A stretch of DNA of 64,000 bases. Source: an uncultured Clostridia bacterium. GTDB lineage: Bacteria; Bacillota; Clostridia; TANB77; CAG-508. Location of the stretch: the NCBI GenBank assembly GCA_947631185.1, contig CANRKJ010000003.1:20839-84838 (forward strand), given 5' to 3'. Of this stretch, positions 1 to 9,537 are shown in pieces (within the stretch, counting starts at the first letter, position 1; each line of letters starts with the position of its first letter). The notes below the pieces were generated by a model that ran no database searches, was not told where the DNA came from, and was given only the letters and a program-made list of their open reading frames with translations. The position numbers and the translations under genes were made by a program.

Positions 1-1492
1 CAGTAGAACCTGCAATCAAAACATGAGGCATTTTAGCAATATCAGTAACAACATTTTCTCCTGCTATATCTTTACCTAGTGCAAATGAAAGTTTTGAACT
101 AGCTGTTGTAAATTCCTTTGATTCAATGATTTCCCTCAAATTAACAAGTTCTTTTTCAGGATTTGGCACCTCAATTCCCACAGCTTGTTTTCCTGGAATT
201 GGTGCTTCAATTCTAATACTTTCTGCAGCTAAACTAAGAGCCAAATCATCAGCCAAATTTGCAATTTTACTAACTCTTACACCTTCTGCTGGCTTTAACT
301 CATATCTAGTAATAGCTGGTCCTACAGAAACATTTTCAACTTTAGCAGCAACACCAAAACTATGAAGTGTTTTTTGAAGTTTTGTTGCAATATCTGTTAA
401 TGCTTTTTTTGATGTTTTGTTTCCCTTAGTTGAAGCTTCTTTCATAAATTCAACAGGTGGAAATTCATAATTTTCATCTTCTAAAGTTATTGTATTATGT
501 TCTAATTGTAGTACTTCTTTTATTTTACTTTCTTTTACTTCTTCTTCTTGTTTAAATAAATTTGCTTCTATTTCATTTGGATTATTTCTTTCCTCAACTA
601 CATCTTCCATTACTTGATTTTCTTGTTCTAAAACATTATTTTTCTTATTTCCAAATAATCCAAAAAACTTAGGTTCGCTTTCTTTAGCATCTTCTCCAAC
701 ATCAATAGTAATTTGATCATCCATAATAATCTCAGGATCTGGTTTTAATGTTGTTTTCTTATTTCTTGATTGATTTTTATTCTTAGGTTCAGCAATTTCA
801 TCATCATCAATATCTATATTTAAATTTTGTTTTCTTTTTGCTTGTCTTTCTTTTCTACGTTCATTTATACTTTCCAATTCATCAGCTTGTTCTTCTTTTA
901 TTTCATCTAGCTTTTCTGCAACATCCAAATAAATCTTAGAAGGTCTTATTCCAAATGTAAATACTAAAGATAATGCAATAATTCCACATGAAAGTATACC
1001 TCCACCAAACATACCTAATAATTTTACAAAAGCATATGCAATTGTTGCACCTACAGCGCCTCCTCCTATATTTTGTTCTCCTAGTTCATATGCAATTTGT
1101 ACAGTTTCTGATAAAGATAATTCTTTTACATTTATAGTTCCTTTTGACATTTGAAAAATTATCAATAAAGAAGCAATGGATCCCAAAAAAAGAGTATATT
1201 GAATAAGTTTTGAAGATATATATGCTTTCTTTTCTTTCATTAAATTATATCCAATAACAAAAAAACCAATAGGAACAACATATTTAATTTTACCCATTAT
1301 TCCACCCATAGCAGGGCCTATAACAGCTCCTAGAGTTCCAGTTTCTCCATATATCAAAACAAAAAGCAAAATACCAATTACTACCATTGCAATTACAGCT
1401 AAATCAATATCAACTTGATTACTTCTTCCTTTATTAGAAGCTGTTTTTTTTCTTTTTGTACCACTTGTATTTTTTTTCTTTTTAGTACTCAC
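1..1492 (-). CDS. ftsK: DNA translocase FtsK/SpoIIIE, N-terminal part (3' end runs off the window)
   Basis: My own minus-strand translation starts at GTG 1492 with GGAGG 7 nt upstream ([11 protein letters not shown]...). It shows N-terminal TM helices, a long K/E/N-rich linker, then FtsK motifs ([37 protein letters not shown]). It ends ...[10 protein letters not shown] just before the Walker A at position 1. Confidence 0.9.
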   Translation of the reverse strand, partial: MSTKKKKNTSGTKRKKTASNKGRSNQVDIDLAVIAMVVIGILLFVLIYGETGTLGAVIGPAMGGIMGKIKYVVPIGFFVIGYNLMKEKKAYISSKLIQYTLFLGSIASLLIIFQMSKGTINVKELSLSETVQIAYELGEQNIGGGAVGATIAYAFVKLLGMFGGGILSCGIIALSLVFTFGIRPSKIYLDVAEKLDEIKEEQADELESINERRKERQAKRKQNLNIDIDDDEIAEPKNKNQSRNKKTTLKPDPEIIMDDQITIDVGEDAKESEPKFFGLFGNKKNNVLEQENQVMEDVVEERNNPNEIEANLFKQEEEVKESKIKEVLQLEHNTITLEDENYEFPPVEFMKEASTKGNKTSKKALTDIATKLQKTLHSFGVAAKVENVSVGPAITRYELKPAEGVRVSKIANLADDLALSLAAESIRIEAPIPGKQAVGIEVPNPEKELVNLREIIESKEFTTASSKLSFALGKDIAGENVVTDIAKMPHVLIAGST

Positions 1493-1704
1493 TTTAATTC
1501 CTCCTAAATGTTAAACATCCTTAAATATCTTTATATGTTAGCAAAAACTTACTTATAATATAAAAATTTGTATACATACTTAGATGAACAAATCGGAAAG
1601 CTTTAATATTAGCTATATTTTAATATTTCTCTTTGGCTTTCCGTGAATTTGTTCGCCATGCGAGATTTTCAGTTATGAAAATCTCTGTGCATCTTTGCGC
1701 GTAG

Positions 1705-1756
1705 CGCTTTTATTTTATAATAGGAAAGGATTACATTCTATTATAAAATAAAAGCG
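1705..1756. repeat. Palindromic intergenic repeat, copy A (long-stem variant)
   Basis: CGCTTTTATTTTATAATAGGAA / TTCTATTATAAAATAAAAGCG arms flank an AGGATTACA loop. The 17 nt to its left (ATCTTTGCGCGTAGCGC) are identical to the flank of copy B. Confidence 0.85.
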
Positions 1757-1770
1757 GATTACACATCCGC
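1754..1770 (-). terminator. Rho-independent terminator of the 1775..2263 gene
   Basis: On the minus strand, GCGGATgtgtaATCCGC is followed by TTTTATTTT. Confidence 0.7.
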
Positions 1771-1774
1771 CCTA

Positions 1775-2263
1775 TTATTCACCTTTTCTACTGTTTCTTA
1801 TAGTTTCTAATGTGTTTTGTAATTTAACTTCTACTTCATTAAGATTTTGTGCAAGTTGTAAAATAGTATTTTCAATTCCACCAAAAACTTCATCTTCATA
1901 TTTTAAAGCATCTTGAGTAATATTTCTATATATCTCATTTGCTGCAGTCATTATATCATCTTTTTTCTCCAATGCCTTCTGAGTAATTTCATGTTCATTT
2001 ATCATTGAAATTATTCTATGATCAGCTTCATCTAAAATATCTTTAGCTTCCTTTTCAGCTTCAGCAATTATTCTTTCTCTTTCTTCCTTAATCCATTTTG
2101 CTTGTTTTAACTCGTCTGGAGATTTTAGTCTAATATCTCCAATAATTTCAAGCATTTCCGCTTTATCTTTTTGAGTTATTACACCTCTATCTATTACGGG
2201 TATTATATTTATTTTTTCTAACATATCTTCCAACTTATCCAATAATGCAAAAATTTCCATCAT
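1775..2263 (-). CDS. Hypothetical coiled-coil protein (E/K-rich, ATP-synthase-b / V-ATPase-G-like low complexity)
   Basis: A 162-aa ORF abuts the rsmD stop. It is heptad-like and E/K-rich (KEERERIIAEAEKEAKDILDEADHRI). I recognise no catalytic motif. Confidence 0.5.
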   Translation of the reverse strand: MMEIFALLDKLEDMLEKINIIPVIDRGVITQKDKAEMLEIIGDIRLKSPDELKQAKWIKEERERIIAEAEKEAKDILDEADHRIISMINEHEITQKALEKKDDIMTAANEIYRNITQDALKYEDEVFGGIENTILQLAQNLNEVEVKLQNTLETIRNSRKGE

Positions 2264-2827
2264 TTACCCCTTTCGCTTTAAGAAAATTAAAGATACTCTA
2301 CCATATTTTCTAATACTGTATATATCTACTTTCTTATCTTCAAGTCCACTTTTTATTTTATTTTCATTATCTGTTTCTATAATAATAATTCCATCATCAT
2401 TTAATAAATCATTTTCAATAATATACTCAGTAGATTCTTCTGCTAAATCTGTTCTATATGGTGGATCTAAATAAACAATATCAAACTTTATTCCTTCATT
2501 TATAAAATCCCTTAAAGCTTTTAAATGTTTCTTGTTTATAATTTCAACATCATCAAAGCATTTTGTTTTTTCAACATTTTTTTTTATAATTTCTATAGCT
2601 TTTCTTGATTCATCACATAAAATAGCTTTTTGAGCTCCTCTGCTTATTGCCTCTATTCCTATTGCTCCACTTCCAGAAAATAAATCTAAAACCATGCTAT
2701 CAATAATTTTTACAGAAATAATGTTAAATAAAGATTCTTTAACTCTATCTAATGTAGGCCTAGTTACTTCATAACCTTCTAATGTATAGAGTTTTGTTCC
2801 CCTCATTTTTCCGCCTATTATTCTCAT
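2264..2827 (-). CDS. rsmD: 16S rRNA (guanine966-N2)-methyltransferase RsmD
   Basis: MRIIGGKMRG start, SAM motif DLFSGSGAIGIEAISRGA and DPPY motif (VYLDPPY). Confidence 0.9.
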   Translation of the reverse strand: MRIIGGKMRGTKLYTLEGYEVTRPTLDRVKESLFNIISVKIIDSMVLDLFSGSGAIGIEAISRGAQKAILCDESRKAIEIIKKNVEKTKCFDDVEIINKKHLKALRDFINEGIKFDIVYLDPPYRTDLAEESTEYIIENDLLNDDGIIIIETDNENKIKSGLEDKKVDIYSIRKYGRVSLIFLKRKG

Positions 2828-3056
2828 ATATTACCTCTATAATATTATACACATATATTTTATTCTAAAAATTAATAAAGTCAATAACATTAACAAAATT
2901 GTAATACATACTTAATTCTATTGTAATAAATGTTATACCTTGCTTATTATATATCCCATATTCTTCATTGTCAACAAAATAATTTTAACTAATTTTCTTA
3001 GAAACCTTCTGCTAAATTGTTGATATACTAGAAAAATTATGAATACTTTTTCAATA

Positions 3057-3100
3057 TATAAAAAAACATTCAAAAATTAGTAGATTAATTTTTGAATGTT
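3057..3100 (-). terminator. Rho-independent terminator after divIVA
   Basis: Stem AACATTCAAAAATTA / TAATTTTTGAATGTT spans 3065..3100. It is followed on the minus strand by a T-run (plus-strand A-run 3059..3066). Confidence 0.7.
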
Positions 3101-3104
3101 TTAA

Positions 3105-3590
3105 TTATTCTTCATCATCTTTCATATCATTTAACATATCTAGTTGTGATACAAGAATCATCTCCATTTTAGATCTATATATTTCAAACTTCTTTTTAGT
3201 TTCTTCATATTTTTTTCTTAATTCAAATTCCTGTCTATCTAAACTTTCAACAGTAGCTTTGGCTCTAGATTGGGCTCCATCCAATGTTCTACTAGCTTCT
3301 TCATCTGCGTCCTTTTTTATTTTCTCAGCAGAATTCTTAGCTTCACTTATCATTTGGTCAGCCGTTTTTTGAGCCATTACCAAAGTATTTTGCAAAGTAT
3401 GTTCAATACTTCTGTAATGTTCTAGATCTCTTTTCATTGATTCAACTTCTGATTTTAAATCTGCATTTTCTCTATATAGTTTTTCATATTCTATAGTTAA
3501 TTGATCAAGAAAATCATCTACCTCATCTTCGTTATAACCTTTTATTGACTTAGGGAATTTTTTATTTTCTATGTCTAAAGGTGTTAGCAT
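3105..3590 (-). CDS. divIVA: Cell-division protein DivIVA
   Basis: Canonical N-terminus MLTPLDIENKKFPKSIKGYNEDEVDDFLDQL followed by coiled coil. Confidence 0.92.
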   Translation of the reverse strand: MLTPLDIENKKFPKSIKGYNEDEVDDFLDQLTIEYEKLYRENADLKSEVESMKRDLEHYRSIEHTLQNTLVMAQKTADQMISEAKNSAEKIKKDADEEASRTLDGAQSRAKATVESLDRQEFELRKKYEETKKKFEIYRSKMEMILVSQLDMLNDMKDDEE

Positions 3591-3704
3591 ATTTCAATCC
3601 TCCTATTTAGTAGTTTTTAACAGAAGTCTTATAGAACATAATAGCATTTTCCTACAAAGATTCTATTTTGTTTCTACTACTTTTATTATGAAAAACAAAT
3701 AAAC

Positions 3705-4172
3705 TTATTTTACCCAAGCTGTAGAAAATTTGCTTTCTATTTTTTCTTTATTTGCTTCATTTACTATACTATAATTAAATGGGGCAATTACAAATATAGA
3801 ATTTGAAACTTTCTCCATATGTCCATCTAAAGCTTTAATAGCACCGCTCACAACGTCAACAATTCTTCTAGCTACATCTTTATTAACATACTCTAAATTA
3901 ATAACAATAGCATTTTTATTTTTTAATTCACCTATAACTTCGTCAACTTGATCAAAGTTTGTTGGCTTAGCTATTTTCATTCTAATTTGTTGTGGAACAT
4001 TAGCTTTTGATTTTTTTCTAAATAATCCTATACTTTCCACATTATCATCGTCTTCTATAGACTCATCATATCCACCTTGAACATCATCAACATCTTCATA
4101 TCCTTCTTGAATTTGTTCTTCATTTTCTCCCCATAAATAATTCATTATTCTTTTGAATGCAGGAACTGCCAT
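3705..4172 (-). CDS. sepF: Cell-division protein SepF
   Basis: C-terminal SepF/DUF552 core (PTNFDQVDEVIGELKNKNAIVINLEYV...IFVIAP). I place the start at ATG 4172 (MAVPAFKR) because GGAGGG lies 8 nt upstream. The ORF-track start at 4202 lacks an RBS. Confidence 0.88.
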   Translation of the reverse strand: MAVPAFKRIMNYLWGENEEQIQEGYEDVDDVQGGYDESIEDDDNVESIGLFRKKSKANVPQQIRMKIAKPTNFDQVDEVIGELKNKNAIVINLEYVNKDVARRIVDVVSGAIKALDGHMEKVSNSIFVIAPFNYSIVNEANKEKIESKFSTAWVK

Positions 4173-4321
4173 TTTTAACCCTCCTAATTTTTTACTTTTC
4201 ATTAGTAATTACATACACATAGTATCTTATATTTACTATTCAAAGTCAATAGTTTTTTAAAATTGTCATAAAATTATAATTATACTGTAATTTTTTTGTA
4301 ACAAATTGTCTTAATGTTACT

Positions 4322-5540
4322 TTATTTTGAAATATTTATCTCATCATATATTTTTATCTGTGGCATTTTTTCAATTTCATCATTTGTAAATCCTAATTCT
4401 TCTAATTCTTCTTTGCTATAATTTGTTACAATTGAATAAATATCATTTTGTCTTAGAACTTTTACCAAAACTTTTTCTGAATACCCAGCTTTATTTCTAT
4501 AAACATATGATAAATCATTTTCTTCTTGAATTGCTTGATTACTTATTTTCAATCCAGAATAATTCCACCATATAATTTCAAATGAAATTTTTCTAAATTC
4601 TATTAAATCTTCTACATTATCTTTTATCTTAAAAACAATAATTCTTGAATCAGAATCATCTTCATCAACAATATACTCTATTGTTGATGGAATTTCAATC
4701 GAATTTGAAAGTCTAAGTGTAACCTTATCTCCCACTTTAGCTTCCATTGCTTTTTCAGAAGATATAGGACAAGCTATATAACAAAAAAAATTATTTAATA
4801 TTTTTGCACATTCTGAGCTTTGAGGAATTGTAGTTCCGACATCAAATTTTAAATTATTAAGTAAATCAGTATTTAAATAAGAAAAATCATTTACCCCTAA
4901 AATATCTTCACATCCATCTACTCTATAAGAAATAACTCCAGCCATATCTGTATTTATTATTTCAGAATTTTCATTTACTTTATTTTTTAGTTCATTCCTT
5001 TGATTTATAAGATTTTTTACATATGAACCTTCTGGACTAAGATCTCCAGCTATATTAGCTTTTTTTGTTATATATGAATCTATTTTTTTTAAAAATTCCT
5101 CTTGCTTTTCTAAATCATTTACACCAATCAATTCATCTAATGTTGTTTCAATTTTTTTTTCAAGGTTGAAAACATCTGCATCTCTCAATGATGTCCCACT
5201 TTCTTCTAATGCTTGATTAATTTTCTCATCTAAATCTGAAATTTGTTTATTTAACTCTTCTTCACCATTAGAATAATATCTAAAAATTGACTCTCCATTG
5301 CTTACCTTTTCTCCTTCTGTTTTTATTTGTATCATACCATTTTTATAATTATTGCCTTTAAAAACCTTTTCTTCTCTAATAATATATCCATAAGTGGATT
5401 CTTCAAAAGAAAGAGAACCGATTTTCCACAATAAAAACATCTGTAGACTGCTGTATCAATTTTGCACTATTTGTAATCAAAAAAATGAGAACAACTATTA
5501 AAATAATTACTCCAACGATTCTACTTTTTGAATTGTTCAC
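4322..5540 (-). pseudogene. HlyD-like membrane-fusion/adaptor protein, reading frame broken by a 1-nt frame change at CGG 5418..5420
   Basis: GTG 5540 overlaps the miaA stop (TAGTG) and opens a 45-codon frame encoding a signal anchor (VNNSKSRIVGVIILIVVLIFLITNSAKLIQQSTDVFIVEN-R-FSFF*). The 372-aa body (4322..5440, ...GSLSFEESTYGYIIREEKV...) is in the +1 frame. Skipping the C of AAT-C-GGT joins them as ...FIVENGSLSFEES... Confidence 0.65.
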
Positions 5541-6460
5541 TATTCTACACCTTCTAAAATAATTTTAATATTATTTTCAACAGTATTTAAACCATCTAAC
5601 CATATAATATTTTTATTTTTTTTAAACCATGTTAATTGTCTTTTTGCATAATTACGTGATCCTTGTTTTATTTTTTCTACCATTTCAGTATAAGAAATTT
5701 CATTATTTAAGTACATCAATACCTCTTTATATCCAATCGCTTGCATAGAGGTTGAATATGAATTATATTTTTTTACTAAATCTTGTACTTCTTTAACTAG
5801 TCCCTTATCTAGCATAATATCAACACGCTTATTTATCCTGTCATATAAAATTTCTCTTTCAATATTTAAAGCATATACTCTAAAATCATACTTAACTTCT
5901 TTTTTTCTTGACAAAATTTCATTTTCGGTTTTATTTTTATTTGTAGCTTTATAAATTTCTAAAACTCTAATTATTCTTTTTTTATCATTTTTACTTATTA
6001 TTTTCATTGCATCTGGATCTATTATCAAAGCTTTTTCATATAAACTTTCCAATCCTTCTTGTGTTTTAGCAATTTCCATAAGATTATTTCTATATTCCAT
6101 ATCAAAATCCATTTTAGGATATTCAATTCCATATATTAAAGAATTTATATATAATCCAGTACCACCTACTACAATTGGAATTTTACCTTTTTTTATGATT
6201 TCTTCTATTGCGTTTTCAGCATCATGTTTAAAATCTGAAACTGTATATCTTTTATCTGGTGATACAAAATCAACTAAATAATGTTTTATTCCTTGCATTT
6301 CCTCATTAGTAACTTTAGCTGTACCTATATTCATGTCTTTATATATTTGCATAGAATCACTTGAAATAATTTCTCCATTAATTCTTTTTGCAAGTTCTAT
6401 AGATAATCCTGTTTTTCCAGAAGCAGTAGGTCCAGCTATAACAATTACTTTAGATTTCAT
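5540..6460 (-). CDS. miaA: tRNA dimethylallyltransferase MiaA
   Basis: P-loop VIAGPTASGKT. Full-length IPPT family pattern (DSMQIYKDMNIGTAK, GGTGLY). Confidence 0.93.
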   Translation of the reverse strand: MKSKVIVIAGPTASGKTGLSIELAKRINGEIISSDSMQIYKDMNIGTAKVTNEEMQGIKHYLVDFVSPDKRYTVSDFKHDAENAIEEIIKKGKIPIVVGGTGLYINSLIYGIEYPKMDFDMEYRNNLMEIAKTQEGLESLYEKALIIDPDAMKIISKNDKKRIIRVLEIYKATNKNKTENEILSRKKEVKYDFRVYALNIEREILYDRINKRVDIMLDKGLVKEVQDLVKKYNSYSTSMQAIGYKEVLMYLNNEISYTEMVEKIKQGSRNYAKRQLTWFKKNKNIIWLDGLNTVENNIKIILEGVE

Positions 6461-6465
6461 ATTTT

Positions 6466-9282
6466 TTATCTCCTACTGAATTTTTTTTCAAAATCTAATT
6501 TTGTCATTTTTATAGCGATTTGTCTATTATCTGATCCTATAAATGGATTTTTTAATTTTAATAGTGAATTTATAATTTCTATAATTTCATTTTGATCTAA
6601 GTTTATTCGAGCCTTTAAAGAAGATTTATATGCAATTGTAGACAAGAACTTTTCTTCCTTTTCCTTTTTAGCTGTAATTGCAACACTATCCAATCCATCT
6701 AAAATATCAATAAATAACTGTTTTGTATTTAATTTTTCACATAATGCAGGAACCGCATATAATTTTATAGTATTTTCGCCAAATTGTTCAAATCCAAATC
6801 CAGCTTTCTCAAACATTTCAACATTCTCACCTGCTATAAGGAATTCCTTTTTACTCAATGAAATAATATCAGGTAAAAGAAGCATTTGAGAATCTCTTCT
6901 TACTTCATTATAGTAATTTTCTTTTACTTTTTCATATACTATTTTTTCATATGCAGATTTTTGGTCTATTATATACATTTCATTATTCATTTCAATAATA
7001 AAATATGAATCAAAAACATTGCCAACAAATCTATATTTTATTTCTGAAATATAAGTCTCATCATTATCAAAAACATTTAAATTATCAGAAGATTTCAAAA
7101 AATCATCATATGCCTCAATTGTCTTAACTTTTTCTTCTGTTTTTTTCATTATATCTTTTCCAAAAGTCTTTTTATACATTTCAGCAAATTCTGGTGTAAC
7201 TTCTTCTGACTTTATTTTTTCTAATTCTGTTAAGTTCTCTTTAATTTTATTAGTATCTACAAATTGAGTAGGTTCAATAGTATTATAAATTTTATTTTTA
7301 ACTATAGATTCAGTTAATTTATCAATATCATTATCTAATTCATGTGGTATATTTTTTACATCTTCTTTCAACTGATCATTAATTTTTATATCTTTTTTTT
7401 CATCCTCTAAAGAAATATTATCATTCTTTTCTTTTAAATCTGGTTTCTTATCAATAATCTTTTTAGGAGTATCTTTAAAATCAGATTTTGAATTTTCAAC
7501 TAACTTTTCATTTTGTTTTATAATATCGTCCATATTTAAATTTTTAGTTTCACTAGAAATTGAAACATTTCCGATTTTTACAGCTACTTCATTAATATTA
7601 TCTTCTTCTATTTCATTTTCTTCTTTTTCTATTTTCTTATTATCTACATTTGTATTATTAAATTCATTTTCTTTTTTAATATCATTATCTATTTCATTTT
7701 TTTCGTTTTCTAATTTAAAAAAATCTTTTTCTTCTTTTATTTCTGAAACAAAATTAAAAGGTGATTTTTCTTCTTTTATTTCTGAAGAAAAATTAAATTC
7801 TTTTTCTGGATTTTCTGGAGTAATATTTTCTTCAAAATTATTTTCAAAATCTGGAGTAGTTCTTCTTTTCCCATTTCTAGCTTCAAAAAGAGCCTCTACT
7901 AAATTTTCCTCATATTCTTCTCTTTCAGACTCACTACCTCCCATTACTTTTTTTATTAAACCTGTAATTCCTTTTCTAACTTTAGGTTGAACAATCTCTT
8001 CTTCAGGTTGAATATCTGAAAAAGACTTTTTATTTTCTTCTTTTTTATCACTGTTTACATCAAATTTCTTTTTTGAATCATCATCTTTTTCGTAATCCTC
8101 ATTATTAGTTGCAATTGTTCTACTTTCATTTAAATTCTCTTTGTTATCATCATTATTTTTTATTTTTTCATAATTATATTTTTTCTGTAATTTATTATAT
8201 GAACCATAACTTGATAAATCAGGATTAAAATTAGGTTGAAAAGATTTTTTTTCTTCAATGCTATAATGTTCTTCTCTAGACTCAAGAATTGGCTTAACAT
8301 TATTTAATACAGATTTTATTGCATTATATACTGCTTTAAATATTAAGTTTTCATTCTCAAACCTTACCTCTAATTTAGCTGGATGAACATTAACATCAAC
8401 CATTTTGGGATCCATTTCAATATTTAAAATAATTATTCCATATTTTCCCATAGGTAGAATATTTTTATAAGCTTGATCTGTAGCAGAAGTAAGACTTTTA
8501 TCTTTTACATATCTTCCATTTACAAAGAAAACTTGATAACTTCTATTTCCCCTAGCTATTTCTGGTTTTCCTACTACACCATTTAACTTTATTCCCTCAT
8601 ATTCATAATTTACATTTATAATTCCATTTGCTATATCTTTTCCATATATACTATAAACTACAGATTTCATGTCATTATTACCAGTAGTTTGAATTACAGT
8701 TTTACCTGAATTTATAAGTTTAATTGCCACATCTTTGTTTACAAGAGCTATTCTAGTAATAACATCCTCGATATATCCTGCTTCAGTATAATCTTTCCTT
8801 AGAAATTTATATCTGACTGGAGTATTATAAAATAATTTTTGAACAATAATAGTGGTTCCATTTTTACATCCAATTTCATTTTTTTCTTTTACTTCTCCAC
8901 CTTCAACAACTATTCTATGTCCAATATCATCATTTGCTGTTTTAGAAATCATTTCAACATTTGCAATAGCAGAGATACTAGCTAAAGCTTCACCTCTAAA
9001 TCCCATTGAAGTAACAGTTTCTAAATCCACACTACTCCTTATTTTACTAGTTGCATGTCTTTCAAAAGAAATCTCCATATCATCTTCTGCAATTCCACTA
9101 CCATCATCTGTAATTTTTATAAGTTCAATTCCACCTTTTTTTATCTCTACAACAATGTTTTTTGCACCAGCATCTATTGAGTTTTCCACTAATTCTTTTA
9201 CAACAGATGCAGGTCTTTCAATTACTTCTCCAGCTGCTATTTGGTTTATAGTTAATTCATCTAAAAGGATAATTTTTCCCAT
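6466..9282 (-). CDS. mutL: DNA mismatch repair protein MutL with a greatly expanded linker
   Basis: N-terminal GHKL ATPase (LTINQIAAGEVIERPASVVKELVENSIDAGA). C-terminal dimerisation domain (YRFVGNVFDSYFIIEMNNEMYIIDQKSAYEKIVYE). Total length 938 aa. Confidence 0.93.
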   Translation of the reverse strand: MGKIILLDELTINQIAAGEVIERPASVVKELVENSIDAGAKNIVVEIKKGGIELIKITDDGSGIAEDDMEISFERHATSKIRSSVDLETVTSMGFRGEALASISAIANVEMISKTANDDIGHRIVVEGGEVKEKNEIGCKNGTTIIVQKLFYNTPVRYKFLRKDYTEAGYIEDVITRIALVNKDVAIKLINSGKTVIQTTGNNDMKSVVYSIYGKDIANGIINVNYEYEGIKLNGVVGKPEIARGNRSYQVFFVNGRYVKDKSLTSATDQAYKNILPMGKYGIIILNIEMDPKMVDVNVHPAKLEVRFENENLIFKAVYNAIKSVLNNVKPILESREEHYSIEEKKSFQPNFNPDLSSYGSYNKLQKKYNYEKIKNNDDNKENLNESRTIATNNEDYEKDDDSKKKFDVNSDKKEENKKSFSDIQPEEEIVQPKVRKGITGLIKKVMGGSESEREEYEENLVEALFEARNGKRRTTPDFENNFEENITPENPEKEFNFSSEIKEEKSPFNFVSEIKEEKDFFKLENEKNEIDNDIKKENEFNNTNVDNKKIEKEENEIEEDNINEVAVKIGNVSISSETKNLNMDDIIKQNEKLVENSKSDFKDTPKKIIDKKPDLKEKNDNISLEDEKKDIKINDQLKEDVKNIPHELDNDIDKLTESIVKNKIYNTIEPTQFVDTNKIKENLTELEKIKSEEVTPEFAEMYKKTFGKDIMKKTEEKVKTIEAYDDFLKSSDNLNVFDNDETYISEIKYRFVGNVFDSYFIIEMNNEMYIIDQKSAYEKIVYEKVKENYYNEVRRDSQMLLLPDIISLSKKEFLIAGENVEMFEKAGFGFEQFGENTIKLYAVPALCEKLNTKQLFIDILDGLDSVAITAKKEKEEKFLSTIAYKSSLKARINLDQNEIIEIINSLLKLKNPFIGSDNRQIAIKMTKLDFEKKFSRR

Positions 9283-9414
9283 TTTAATTTATACCCCCAG
9301 TACATCATATGTATACATTTTTTTGCATTATATCATTAAATTATTTTTTTGTGTATAAAATATAAAAATTTTTTTATTAATTACTTAATTTTTAACAAAT
9401 ATATAGGTATAAAA

Positions 9415-9444
9415 AACAAGCATTATAATTTATAAATGCTTGTT
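9415..9444 (-). terminator. Bidirectional-looking terminator hairpin after pyrG
   Basis: AACAAGCATT / AATGCTTGTT stem with T-runs on both strands. Confidence 0.65.
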
Positions 9445-9449
9445 CTTTT

Positions 9450-9490
9450 TTTATATTATAGGAAAGTTCTCTGAACTTCCTATAATATAA
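9450..9490. repeat. Palindromic intergenic repeat, copy F (inverted module orientation)
   Basis: TTTATATTATAGGAAAGTTC tct GAACTTCCTATAATATAAA. The adjacent GCATTCCACAGAAAAA is the reverse complement of the copy D flank. Confidence 0.8.
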
Positions 9491-9537
9491 AGCATTCCAC
9501 AGAAAAATTGTATAACATATAAAAATGTCCAATATTT

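Noticed and set aside
8852-9358. A 168-aa plus-strand ORF opposite the mutL 5' end. Similar ORFs lie at 126..365, 9929..10219, 24275..24595, 28005..28496, 55610..55990 and 60327..60713.
   Set aside because: All lie antisense to strongly supported conserved genes, lack RBSs and have low-complexity S/F/I/L-rich translations. They are shadow ORFs.
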